Positions 37,680 to 46,552 of a stretch of 57,443 bases of DNA are shown here, piece after piece. The notes below the pieces were generated by a model, which did no database searches, was not told where the DNA came from, and saw only the letters and a list, made by a program, of their open reading frames with translations. Position 1 is the first letter of the stretch, and each line of letters begins with the position of its first letter. The translations under genes were made by a program, and so were the position numbers. Source of the stretch: a virus (Duplodnaviria > Caudoviricetes); the IMG/VR virus record IMGVR_UViG_3300048693_000127, positions 1 through 57,443 of that record. One strand, written 5' to 3'.

Positions 37680-37833
37680 ATATGAAGTAATTCATGGTAA
37701 GTTTTTGTGCCAAAAGTGTGGCGAAACAATATTAAGCTGTAGATATTATAAGTCAACACTTGATCTTACATGGAAGTGTAAGTCATGTGACAATGTTTCA
37801 ACTGTTAGTATTTTTAAGGAGAAGGGATATTAG
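37657..37833 (+). CDS. small zinc-ribbon protein (58 aa, not in ORF track)
   Basis: FLCQKC...WKCKSC; fills the gap and its stop overlaps the next start. Confidence 0.7.
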   Translation: MNLLPSSKYEVIHGKFLCQKCGETILSCRYYKSTLDLTWKCKSCDNVSTVSIFKEKGY

Positions 37834-38135
37834 TGAGTGAACGTTCAGAGCTTAAGCGTATTGGTGCTAGACCTCACAAGAATAGTGGTCGCGGAATCAT
37901 TAAGGCAGATGGCTCGTTGGATAGATACATAGTAGATGTAAAAGAATACTCTAAATCATTTTCAGTAACTAAAGATGTTTGGGCAAAGATTGTTACTGAT
38001 ACATTAAGGGTAGATCCAAACAAGTCTCCAGTTCTAATGATAGTCCTTGGAGACAAGGTAAAGACAAGGCTTGCTATAATTGAGTGGAGCGAGTTTGAAT
38101 ATCTAAGAGAAATGAGTAAAGATGGCACATCCTGA
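37833..38135 (+). CDS. PD-(D/E)XK Holliday junction resolvase-like nuclease
   Basis: NSGRG..KADG...IVDVKE. Confidence 0.7.
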   Translation: MSERSELKRIGARPHKNSGRGIIKADGSLDRYIVDVKEYSKSFSVTKDVWAKIVTDTLRVDPNKSPVLMIVLGDKVKTRLAIIEWSEFEYLREMSKDGTS

Positions 38136-38649
38136 ACAAAGAGATTTCTTTTTAAGAATACAAAAAATGTTTCCAGAATATTTTAATGATGTTTCTGTAA
38201 TAGAAATAGGATCTCTTAATATAAATGGAACTATTAGAGATTTTTACAATGCGAATGTTTATGTGGGAGTAGACGTTAGTGAGGGGCCAGGTGTTGATGT
38301 TGTGGGCCACGGTCAGGACATTTACTATCCAGAAAACTTTTTCGATGTGGCGGTAAGTACAGAGTGTTTTGAGCACAACCCGTACTGGATACAGACATTT
38401 GCTAATATGTACCGTATGGCATATAGGTTTGTTGTTGTCACCTGTGCAACAGATGGCAGAGCAGAACATGGTACAACTCGCACCACTCCAGAAGATTCTC
38501 CATTGACTCTTGATTGGGATTATTATGAAAATGTAAATGAAAAAGATTTTAGAGATAATTTTAATCTTAATGAAATGTTTTCTGAATATGAGTTTTCTAT
38601 AAATAAAGATCATCACGATTTATATTTTTGGGGAAAGGTCAGTAAGTGA
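38122..38649 (+). CDS. class I SAM-dependent methyltransferase
   Basis: VIEIGS, YVGVD...GPGVD, FDVAVSTECFEH. Confidence 0.85.
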   Translation: MAHPEQRDFFLRIQKMFPEYFNDVSVIEIGSLNINGTIRDFYNANVYVGVDVSEGPGVDVVGHGQDIYYPENFFDVAVSTECFEHNPYWIQTFANMYRMAYRFVVVTCATDGRAEHGTTRTTPEDSPLTLDWDYYENVNEKDFRDNFNLNEMFSEYEFSINKDHHDLYFWGKVSK

Positions 38650-38966
38650 GCGACAATATAGTAGACGTTATCAACGAGATCAATGGCTTTAATGATATAT
38701 CAGAATACATGCAAGATGAAGAAATAACAAAGTCTCTTGTTATGGTTGCAAAGCTTATAGCAAATCCAGATATACCACCAGCAAAAGCAGCACAGCTTAT
38801 TGTACAGTTACAGTCATATTCTGCTAAGTTTGCAATGCTTGCGTCATGGTACACCAATGTCAAAAAGGATGAGAGACAGAAGAAGAATATATACTATTCA
38901 GCCAAAGAAGCTTTGGATAGATTGTGCGATGCCTTGAAGTATACGACTAGGAATTATTATGGCTAA
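38646..38966 (+). CDS. helical hypothetical protein in the recombination cluster
   Basis: Starts and stops are coupled to both neighbours. Confidence 0.7.
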   Translation: MSDNIVDVINEINGFNDISEYMQDEEITKSLVMVAKLIANPDIPPAKAAQLIVQLQSYSAKFAMLASWYTNVKKDERQKKNIYYSAKEALDRLCDALKYTTRNYYG

Positions 38967-39786
38967 TATGATCTTAAAAAAGATATTAAATAAACCTATA
39001 GAGAGTATAGATGAAGAAGAATATGTTGAACCCAAAATTGAAGAAGTAGATAATGGTCCGTTTAACAATCTTATTGATGCAATCTATGAAGGCTATAGAA
39101 AAGATAACATACCAAAGTTTCAAACAAAAAAGTCATTTGCCCCATCATCACTCGTATGGAATCATGGCATATGTCCAAGGTACTGGTATCTAGCTTTTGA
39201 AGGTAATACATTTTACGAGTATCAGGCTGGTAAGTCTATTACCAATATGGATAGTGGTACAGATAGACATGCAAGAATACAGAAAGCCATGGAGGATGCT
39301 GGAGTTTTAATAAGCAAGGAGGTTGCTACCTCATATGAAGATCCACCCATTTTCGGCTACGTTGATTCATTTATAAAGTGGGATGATACTGATTATGTGG
39401 TAGAAATTAAGACCTGTAATCAAGATGCATTTGAGCGTCATAAGAAGACTAATACAGCAAGTTCGTATCATATTCTGCAACTTATTATTTATATGAAGAT
39501 TTATAAAAAGACAAAGGGCATAATATTATATGAAAACAAAAACACTCATGACTTACTTGCTATACCAGTAAATATCAATCAGAACCATGTTGATTTTCTA
39601 GAATATTTGTTTGACTGGATGAAAGAAGTTCGCCTAGCTTGGACTAATAAAACAATTCCAGAAGTTCCATTTAAAAATAATTCTATAAAAATTTGTATGT
39701 CTTGTCCGTTACGCGATCCATGCTTATCTGCTCCAAGTGGTGAGATTAAGATTGCAAGACGAAAGGATGAAAAGGGACAAATGTAA
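38959..39786 (+). CDS. Cas4-like PD-(D/E)XK exonuclease
   Basis: ICPR...GYVD...VEIKT...QL..YM...CMSCPLRDPC (1+3 Cys). Confidence 0.85.
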   Translation: MANMILKKILNKPIESIDEEEYVEPKIEEVDNGPFNNLIDAIYEGYRKDNIPKFQTKKSFAPSSLVWNHGICPRYWYLAFEGNTFYEYQAGKSITNMDSGTDRHARIQKAMEDAGVLISKEVATSYEDPPIFGYVDSFIKWDDTDYVVEIKTCNQDAFERHKKTNTASSYHILQLIIYMKIYKKTKGIILYENKNTHDLLAIPVNINQNHVDFLEYLFDWMKEVRLAWTNKTIPEVPFKNNSIKICMSCPLRDPCLSAPSGEIKIARRKDEKGQM

Positions 39787-40080
39787 ATGAACTATTGCTC
39801 ATGGTGCGACAAAGAATATGAAAAGAAAACTGGAAAACAAATTTACTGTGGTATTGAATGTCGCTCAGAAGCAAGTAAAGAAAAAATTATTGAAAGATAT
39901 CATGTTGAAAAAAGAAAAAAGAGGCGTGGAAAGATAAGGATGTGTGCTGGAGGATGTGGCACTCCACTAAGCATATATAATGATGACACCATGTGCGATC
40001 AGTGTGAAATTAATAAAAAAAGAATAAATACTTTTGCTAAGGAGCTGAAAGATTACTTTGACTACGAGATACAGCAATAA
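39787..40080 (+). CDS. Cys-rich double zinc-finger protein
   Basis: CSWC...YCGIEC...CAGGC...CDQC. Confidence 0.7.
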   Translation: MNYCSWCDKEYEKKTGKQIYCGIECRSEASKEKIIERYHVEKRKKRRGKIRMCAGGCGTPLSIYNDDTMCDQCEINKKRINTFAKELKDYFDYEIQQ

Positions 40081-40666
40081 AACTTTAATTAGTGTTACTA
40101 AGCCACAACGCATTCTTGCTATTGATGCCTCAACTAATTCAATGGCATTTTCATATTTTGAGAGTGGTAGATTAATTAAATATGGAAAAATAAAATTTAC
40201 TGGTGCTGATGCATTTTACAAAGCTGGTGATGCAGCTAAAAAATGTATTGCATTTTTCAAAACAATTGATGCTGAGGCAATGATAATAGAATCAGCTATA
40301 TATAGTAATTCACCTAAAACAGCCATGCAGTTGTCATTGGTACAGGGTGCAATTATATCTTCAGCACATGTAGCTGGAATAAAAATATTAAAATCAATTA
40401 CTCCAATGCAATGGCAAAACTATATTGGTAATAGACTGCTTACAAAAAATGAAAAAGCTGAAATAGAAAAAAGATTTCCAGGGAAATCAAGATCTTGGTA
40501 TAAAAGTAAAGAAAGAGAAACCAGAAAAAATAAAACAATAGATGCTGTTGCTAGCCACTTTAAAGTTAAAGTAAGTGATGATGATGTAGCAGATGCGATA
40601 GGAGTTGGATGGTATGTTTCTGATCGTTGGAACTCTATGTTTGAAGACGGTGTAGAAGATGCCTAA
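40058..40666 (+). CDS. RuvC-like Holliday junction resolvase
   Basis: ILAIDAS, IIES, DDVADAIGV. Confidence 0.85.
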   Translation: MTTRYSNKTLISVTKPQRILAIDASTNSMAFSYFESGRLIKYGKIKFTGADAFYKAGDAAKKCIAFFKTIDAEAMIIESAIYSNSPKTAMQLSLVQGAIISSAHVAGIKILKSITPMQWQNYIGNRLLTKNEKAEIEKRFPGKSRSWYKSKERETRKNKTIDAVASHFKVKVSDDDVADAIGVGWYVSDRWNSMFEDGVEDA

Positions 40667-40805
40667 GCTTTATCAGTCAAAGACGTGGTTGACAAAACGA
40701 TATGTTTATGATAAAAAGTCACCAGAAGAAATTGCAAAAGAATGCAACTGTTCTACACAAACTATATATTCATACTTGATTAAATTTGGACTAAGGGGTA
40801 AATAA
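40659..40805 (+). CDS. small HTH protein (48 aa, not in ORF track)
   Basis: MPKLYQSKTWL...SPEEIAKECNCSTQTIYSYLIKFGLR; coupled at both ends. Confidence 0.75.
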   Translation: MPKLYQSKTWLTKRYVYDKKSPEEIAKECNCSTQTIYSYLIKFGLRGK

Positions 40806-41044
40806 TGAGCGATATGGTAAATCATCCACCACACTACACCAGTGATCCATCTGGCGTAGAATGCATACAGATTACTCGTCATAGAAATTTTAATGTCGGT
40901 AATGCTATCAAGTACCTTTGGAGAGCAGGAATAAAGGATGATGCTAAGCAAATTGAAGATTTAAAAAAGGCTATATTTTATATTAATGATGAAATAAATA
41001 GATTAGAAAAAAACGCATCTATTGACATTAAAAAGATCTACTGA
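40805..41044 (+). CDS. DUF3310 family protein (T7 gp1.7-like nucleotide kinase)
   Basis: DMVNHPPHY...GNAIKYLWRAG.K...EDLKKA.FY. Confidence 0.88.
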   Translation: MSDMVNHPPHYTSDPSGVECIQITRHRNFNVGNAIKYLWRAGIKDDAKQIEDLKKAIFYINDEINRLEKNASIDIKKIY

Positions 41045-41050
41045 TACAAT
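41022..41050 (+). promoter_or_regulatory. near-consensus primary-sigma promoter upstream of the terminase operon
   Basis: TTGACA-N17-TACAAT with extended TG. Confidence 0.75.
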
Positions 41051-41086
41051 ATAATAAAATTTCCTTCAAATCGAAAGGTAGGGACA

Positions 41087-41383
41087 ATGAGAAGGAAAAA
41101 GTGTAGCTCAATAGATCCATTTATTCGTGAAGAAGAAATGTTTATTGATGGTAAAAAAATTGTCAAGGGAGACTTGATAAAAATTAAAGGCATATGGGGA
41201 ACTCAATTCAAGTTTCTTAGCCTAACAACTAACCCTAAGAATGGAATTGTATGGGTAGACTGCATCGAATTAGATAAAGGAATTGGATGTGGATTTAGAT
41301 CATTCTATCCAGAGAGGGTAAGAAGAATACCTAAGAAGAGAGGCAAGCGTGTCAAAAGAATTAGATCTGGTGAAACATCTTGA
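41087..41383 (+). CDS. hypothetical SH3-like basic protein
   Basis: KGDLIKIKG...FRSFYPERV. Confidence 0.6.
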   Translation: MRRKKCSSIDPFIREEEMFIDGKKIVKGDLIKIKGIWGTQFKFLSLTTNPKNGIVWVDCIELDKGIGCGFRSFYPERVRRIPKKRGKRVKRIRSGETS

Positions 41384-41879
41384 TCAAGTAAACGCTGTTG
41401 CTACAGAATATTTAAAGGGTTTGGATGCGTCACAGATATCCAAAGAGCTTGATATACCACGGACTAGAGTCATGGCATTGCTCAATGACTGGCGAGAAAT
41501 GGCTGCAAGCAATCAAGCAATACATGCACGAGCCAGGGAGGCGTTGGCTGGTGCAGACAAACACTACTCTGAACTTATTAAAAAAGCATACGAGGTTATA
41601 GAGTCTGCTGATCAAACATCTAACCTTAGTGCAAAGACTACAGCAATTAAACTTATTACAGATATTGAAGCAAAAAGACTAGACATGCTTCATCGTGCTG
41701 GTCTTTTAGACAATAAGGAAATCGCAGACGAGATGGCTGCGATGGAACGTAAACATGAAATTCTAGTTGGAATTCTTAAGGATGTAGCAATTAACTATCC
41801 GTCAGTAAGAAATGAAATCTTAAAAAGATTATCTGAGATAAACGATTCTCCAAATGAGGTAATTGTAATTGACTCTTGA
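41349..41879 (+). CDS. terminase small subunit (putative, N-terminal HTH)
   Basis: YLKGLDASQISKELDIPRTRV HTH; overlaps the large subunit start. Confidence 0.65.
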   Translation: MSKELDLVKHLDQVNAVATEYLKGLDASQISKELDIPRTRVMALLNDWREMAASNQAIHARAREALAGADKHYSELIKKAYEVIESADQTSNLSAKTTAIKLITDIEAKRLDMLHRAGLLDNKEIADEMAAMERKHEILVGILKDVAINYPSVRNEILKRLSEINDSPNEVIVIDS

Positions 41880-43650
41880 TCTATCAGATATCATTGAAGC
41901 TCTTAATGATAATCCATTTGAAGAAAATCCAGTTGACGTTGTTACATTCGTAACCTCTAAAGACTTTTTAAATCAGCCTCCGCTGTCTGAAAATCAATAT
42001 ACGGTTGTTGAGTGTATGAGTCAAATATACCGTGAAGAAGATTTAATATCGTTAATGGGCGAGGAAAAAGGAAAAGAACACTTCAAGAAGTATTCAAAAG
42101 TAGAAATTATTCTACAGTGTGGAAAGGGTTCTGGAAAAGATCATACGTCAACCATTGCTTGTGCATACATTATATATAAGCTTATGTGTCTTAAAGATCC
42201 TGCCAGGTACTATGGAAAACCACCAGACGATGCAATAGATCTTATCAATATTGCCATCAATGCTGAGCAGGCAAAAAACGTATTCTTTGATAATTTTGTA
42301 AGAAAAATTAAAAACTCACCATGGTTCGCTGGGAAATATGATCCGAAGGTAAATAGTGTTGCGTTTAATAAATCTATTACTCTTTATTCTGGTCACTCTG
42401 AAAGAGAAAGCCATGAGGGTCTTAACCTATTCCTAGCTATCCTTGACGAGATCTCTGGATTTGCTAGCCAAGGTTCTGCTGGTAATGAACAGGCTAAAAC
42501 TGCTGAAAATATTTACAGGGCTTTCCGTGGGTCAGTAGACTCACGATTTCCAGACTTTGGTAAAGTTGTTCTTCTTTCATTCCCTAGGTACAAAAACGAC
42601 TTTATCCAGCAAGCTTACGATTCTGCAATTGCAGAAAAAGAAACTATATTTAGAACTCATCAATTTGTTTTAAATCCAGAGTTGCCAGAAGATGATCCAG
42701 GCAATACCTTTGATATAGAATGGGAAGAAGATCATATAATTTCCTATAAGTATCCAAGAGTCTTTGCACTAAAAAGACCAACTTGGGAAATGAATCCTAC
42801 AAGGTCTATTGAAGATTTTAAGATTGCGTTTTTTAAAGAACCTACAGATGCTTTGATGAGATTTGCCTGTATGCCAACAACATCAAGTGATTCATTTTTT
42901 AAGTCAAGAGAAAAAATAGAAAAGTGTCTATCCATTCGTAATCCATTAGATTCGTTTAGAAGATTCGACCCATCATTTAAACCAGATCCAGAAAAAATTT
43001 ATTTTCTTCACGCAGACCTTGCACAAAGACATGACAAGTGTGCAATTGCAATTAGCCATGTAGAAAAATGGGTAAAGATGCAAGCTTTTAATAACTATGA
43101 ACAGGTCGTTCCATTTATAGTAGTAGATGCTATAGCCTGGTGGGAACCAAGAGTTGAGGGTCCAGTCGATTTATCAGAAGTAAAGAATTGGATTATAAGT
43201 CTTAGAAGAAACGGATTCAATCTTGGCATAGTAACATTTGACAGGTGGCAGTCTTTTGATATTCAGCGTGACCTTAAGAGCGTTGGAATAAACTCTGAAA
43301 CTCTTTCTGTTGCTAAAAAGCATTATGAAGATCTTGCAATGTTGATATATGAAGAGCGGGTTGCTGCTCCACATATAGAATTGTTATTAGATGAAATGTT
43401 GGAATTAAGAATCATGCCAAACAACAAGGTAGACCACCCAAGAAAGAAGTCAAAGGACTTGGCAGATGCAATGTGTGGATCAGTTTATAATGCTATTTCA
43501 CACTCTAAAAGAGAAGTTGTTGGTGAAATAGAAATTCATACATGGTCATCTTTAAAATCTGAGCAAAATAAAAAACTTATTGAAGAAAAACAAAAACCAG
43601 AAATGACAGAAGAAATAAAAGATTATCTTTCAAGTTATAGATTGTTATAA
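41869..43650 (+). CDS. terL: terminase large subunit
   Basis: Walker A GKGSGKD; Walker B AILDE; nuclease HADLA, TFDRWQS, KVDHP..KSKDLADA. Confidence 0.92.
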   Translation: MTLDLSDIIEALNDNPFEENPVDVVTFVTSKDFLNQPPLSENQYTVVECMSQIYREEDLISLMGEEKGKEHFKKYSKVEIILQCGKGSGKDHTSTIACAYIIYKLMCLKDPARYYGKPPDDAIDLINIAINAEQAKNVFFDNFVRKIKNSPWFAGKYDPKVNSVAFNKSITLYSGHSERESHEGLNLFLAILDEISGFASQGSAGNEQAKTAENIYRAFRGSVDSRFPDFGKVVLLSFPRYKNDFIQQAYDSAIAEKETIFRTHQFVLNPELPEDDPGNTFDIEWEEDHIISYKYPRVFALKRPTWEMNPTRSIEDFKIAFFKEPTDALMRFACMPTTSSDSFFKSREKIEKCLSIRNPLDSFRRFDPSFKPDPEKIYFLHADLAQRHDKCAIAISHVEKWVKMQAFNNYEQVVPFIVVDAIAWWEPRVEGPVDLSEVKNWIISLRRNGFNLGIVTFDRWQSFDIQRDLKSVGINSETLSVAKKHYEDLAMLIYEERVAAPHIELLLDEMLELRIMPNNKVDHPRKKSKDLADAMCGSVYNAISHSKREVVGEIEIHTWSSLKSEQNKKLIEEKQKPEMTEEIKDYLSSYRLL

Positions 43651-43665
43651 AAATATTGTAAGCGA

Positions 43666-43674
43666 TGATATAAT
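43666..43674 (+). promoter_or_regulatory. extended -10 promoter TGATATAAT, leaderless GTG start at 43681
   Basis: 6 nt to the start codon; no SD. Confidence 0.65.
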
Positions 43675-43680
43675 ATATTT

Positions 43681-44823
43681 GTGCCATACGATATAAAAAG
43701 AAATTACGGTGGATGCAGCGGGTACGCTGTTGTAGGGCCATCAGGTTCGCATGGTTGTCATTCAACAAGGGCGGCAGCAATCAATCAGCAAAGAGCTTTG
43801 TATGCTGCTGAAGCAAATAATAAAAAGTCTGTAACAAAAATGAATGATTTATATAGTATGCTAAATTCTGAAGAAAAAGCATATCATGATGCCTTAATTC
43901 AAATAGTTGAAGAATTTGGTCCATTCGATCAAGGATCTTCTGGAGTTTGGGTTGGTTATGAGCCATCTAATGAAAATGAAGATTCTGTAATTGGTGTCAA
44001 GTGTGGAAATTGTTCGTTTCATTATGATGCTGAAAATGGATTGGGCTGTAAGCTACTTTCATTCTTAGTAGAAGAAGATGCCAAATGCAGACTTGCAGCA
44101 ATACCAGATTCTTTAGTTAATACAGAAATGAGTGAAGTAGCTATGACAAGTGGAGAGTCACAAGAATTTTTAGATGAAATGGTTGATTCAATGGGTAAAG
44201 CCGATTCTGTTCGTGTTGGTCAGATGGTTTCCTGGAATTCAAGTGGTGGGCGAGCAAGGGGTAAGGTTTTAAGAATTGTTAGAAATGGAAAATATAACGT
44301 TCCCAATTCTTCTTTTACAGTTACTGGAACTCCAGATAACCCTGCTGTTGTAATAAGAGTTTATCGTGATGATAAGCCAACAGATACAATTGTTGGACAC
44401 AAGATGAAAACATTGAATAAGTATACAAATATACTTAATTTTTCTAAGGCAGAAGAAACATTCAGCCCAAGTGCTGGAATGAAGTCTGCTGCTAGAAGAG
44501 CACTTAAATGGAAAGAGGAAGGAAAGGCTACTGGTGCTGGTACACCTGTAGGTTGGGGAAGGGCATCAGATATTGTAGCTGGAAGACCTATGTCTTTATC
44601 TGTAGTTAGAAGAATGTATTCTTTCTTTTCTCGTCACGAAGTAGATAAGAAGGGCAAGGACTTTAATAATACTGCTAACCCTTCAAATGGAAGAATCATG
44701 TGGGATGCATGGGGCGGAGATGCTGGATTTTCCTGGTCTAGATCAATAGTTAATAGGTATGCTAAAAAGGATGTTTGGGTTAATTCTCCATTTTCCTTTC
44801 AAAAAGACTTGACAAATGAATAA
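43681..44823 (+). CDS. four-domain protein, probably head-associated; includes a 4-Cys HiPIP-like motif and a Hva1/DUF2945 Tudor-like domain
   Basis: KCGNCSF...GC...KC; VRVGQMVSWNSSGGRARGKV...VGHK; GTPVG...RMYSFFSRH...WDAWGGDAG; domains joined by KS/KA linkers. Confidence 0.65.
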   Translation: MPYDIKRNYGGCSGYAVVGPSGSHGCHSTRAAAINQQRALYAAEANNKKSVTKMNDLYSMLNSEEKAYHDALIQIVEEFGPFDQGSSGVWVGYEPSNENEDSVIGVKCGNCSFHYDAENGLGCKLLSFLVEEDAKCRLAAIPDSLVNTEMSEVAMTSGESQEFLDEMVDSMGKADSVRVGQMVSWNSSGGRARGKVLRIVRNGKYNVPNSSFTVTGTPDNPAVVIRVYRDDKPTDTIVGHKMKTLNKYTNILNFSKAEETFSPSAGMKSAARRALKWKEEGKATGAGTPVGWGRASDIVAGRPMSLSVVRRMYSFFSRHEVDKKGKDFNNTANPSNGRIMWDAWGGDAGFSWSRSIVNRYAKKDVWVNSPFSFQKDLTNE

Positions 44824-44859
44824 ATTTAATGTACCCTATACTATCAGAAAGGAATACAT

Positions 44860-45060
44860 ATGAATGACAATGAAAATAATATCGAAAACCCTGACCCTGG
44901 CTTACAGGCTTTGGTTGAATATTATAGAAACAAGTCAAATAAGATTGAGCATGAATTTTTACTATATCAAATTAGGGCTGACGCAGCTATTAAGCAACTC
45001 ACTAGACAAATTCAAGAACTTGAATCTGCCCCAAAGCCAAAACCAGCTAAGACAGAATAA
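44860..45060 (+). CDS. small coiled-coil protein
   Basis: SD AAGGA; heptad pattern; TTGACA-N17-TACCCT upstream at 44809-44837. Confidence 0.7.
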   Translation: MNDNENNIENPDPGLQALVEYYRNKSNKIEHEFLLYQIRADAAIKQLTRQIQELESAPKPKPAKTE

Positions 45061-45289
45061 TAGTTCTAACCATAAATCGACACAGATTGATAACGTTCGT
45101 AAGAAAAATAAAATAAGTGTCGCAATAGTAAATAATCGTGCATTTTGGGTACATAATAATACCTTCTATACCTCTGAAGTAATAGAGGGGGTAGTTGACG
45201 GAGAAAATGCAATACCAATTGATGCCTATCAACTATCCCCATCAGAGATATCTTTGCTTATGAATGTTTTAGATGAAATAAATGACTAA
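44951..45289 (+). CDS. hypothetical protein (start uncertain; overlaps the previous gene)
   Basis: The frame is open from 44864; candidate starts at 44864, 44951 and 45020. Confidence 0.55.
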   Translation: MNFYYIKLGLTQLLSNSLDKFKNLNLPQSQNQLRQNNSSNHKSTQIDNVRKKNKISVAIVNNRAFWVHNNTFYTSEVIEGVVDGENAIPIDAYQLSPSEISLLMNVLDEIND

Positions 45290-45570
45290 TGGATTATATC
45301 CCGTTTTTTGTATGGCTTTGTGTAGCCGCAGTACAAATAGTACTTTTTAGTATTTTTCTTTTTAAAAAAGAAAAAACATACAAAGCTATTGACATGTCTC
45401 CAATCATCTTATACAATAATATGGTGTACTGGAAAGATGGTCGTACCATAAAAAGGACTAAGTATAGTGGAAATAAATTTAATATTTCTAAATACGAAAT
45501 AATAGATCCATTAAATTGCGACATTAATCCTAAAAATATGATAGAAATACTAGAAAAGCTAGAGGCATAA
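45289..45570 (+). CDS. membrane-anchored hypothetical protein
   Basis: N-terminal hydrophobic helix. Confidence 0.65.
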   Translation: MDYIPFFVWLCVAAVQIVLFSIFLFKKEKTYKAIDMSPIILYNNMVYWKDGRTIKRTKYSGNKFNISKYEIIDPLNCDINPKNMIEILEKLEA

Positions 45571-45918
45571 ATGATAATTGTTGTAGAAGGAACAAAGTCT
45601 TTTAAAGACTATGAAACTTTTATTCGTGCTATGGGCGTTGCCCTATCCTCATCTCTAAATGATAAAGAGATTGAGGTGTGGTCTGCTGGGCCACACAATG
45701 TTAATAATTTTACTGCTGCATTTTGTAATACAACAGAAAATTATTTAAAGCAAAAGGGTAAAAAGATTTCGTTTAAAAGACTTCCGTCTTCATATGTACA
45801 GAAATACCTAAACAATATATCTTATTTTGCCTACTTTGCAAGTAAGAAGGAGCCAACATCAAAGCTTTTTGCAATGGCTGAGTTAAATGGTGTAGAGGCT
45901 GGAGTATTTAGGGCATAA
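45571..45918 (+). CDS. SLOG/YspA-like protein (divergent)
   Basis: MIIVVEGTKSFKDY resembles the SLOG N-terminal strand motif. Confidence 0.5.
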   Translation: MIIVVEGTKSFKDYETFIRAMGVALSSSLNDKEIEVWSAGPHNVNNFTAAFCNTTENYLKQKGKKISFKRLPSSYVQKYLNNISYFAYFASKKEPTSKLFAMAELNGVEAGVFRA

Positions 45919-46292
45919 TGTTAAGTAAAAAGGAAAAAAAGTTTATTAATCTTGCCAAACTTCTTGCTGAGCACTCTATTGAAAAGCAAAAGCATGGAGC
46001 AGTTGTTGTTAAAAGTGGACGTGTCGTTGGAACTGGATTTAATAAATTCAAAAATCATCCTAGAGTGATTGAAGAACTATTTATTAAAAAGTATTGTTCA
46101 CGACATGCAGAAGAAGTTGCAATTAGGCAGGCTGGTATTCATTCTAAGGGGGCAACTCTATATGTAGCTAGAATAAACAATAGTGGTGTTTCTAGAAATA
46201 GTAAACCGTGTGAGGAGTGCAGTAACTTGATAGACGATGCTGGAATAAAAAAGGTAGTCTACACAATAGATGGAGCAGCAAAATGTCTCTAA
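45918..46292 (+). CDS. zinc-dependent dCMP/cytidine deaminase family protein
   Basis: HGAVVV...GFN...HAE...SKPCEEC...GIKKVVY. Confidence 0.88.
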   Translation: MLSKKEKKFINLAKLLAEHSIEKQKHGAVVVKSGRVVGTGFNKFKNHPRVIEELFIKKYCSRHAEEVAIRQAGIHSKGATLYVARINNSGVSRNSKPCEECSNLIDDAGIKKVVYTIDGAAKCL

Positions 46293-46552
46293 ATGATTGG
46301 TCAATTGTATATTTTATATTTGCTGCCATAAATGCTTTTGCTATTGTTCTTTCTACTGCTAACAAGATAACCCTATGGAAAATTAGCATTGTTATCCTAA
46401 CATGGATAACGCTTCAAACAGTAACAATACTGTATGCAATAAATACTAATCAAGTAGGATTCTATTTGATGTTCGGATTAAATATAGTAATAATTATATT
46501 AAGTTCAACAATAACCAAATTACAAAACTCAATAAGGGGAGCGTCTAAGTGA
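46283..46552 (+). CDS. small membrane protein (3 TM)
   Basis: Three hydrophobic segments. Confidence 0.65.
   Translation: MSLNDWSIVYFIFAAINAFAIVLSTANKITLWKISIVILTWITLQTVTILYAINTNQVGFYLMFGLNIVIIILSSTITKLQNSIRGASK

Noticed and set aside
38959-39786. Cas4-like gene as evidence of a CRISPR system
   Set aside because: No repeat-spacer array or other cas genes were seen; solo Cas4-like nucleases are common in phage recombination modules.
41349-43650. Terminase located far from the portal as a sign of misassembly
   Set aside because: The genes are tightly coupled with consistent composition, and separated terminase genes occur in large phages.
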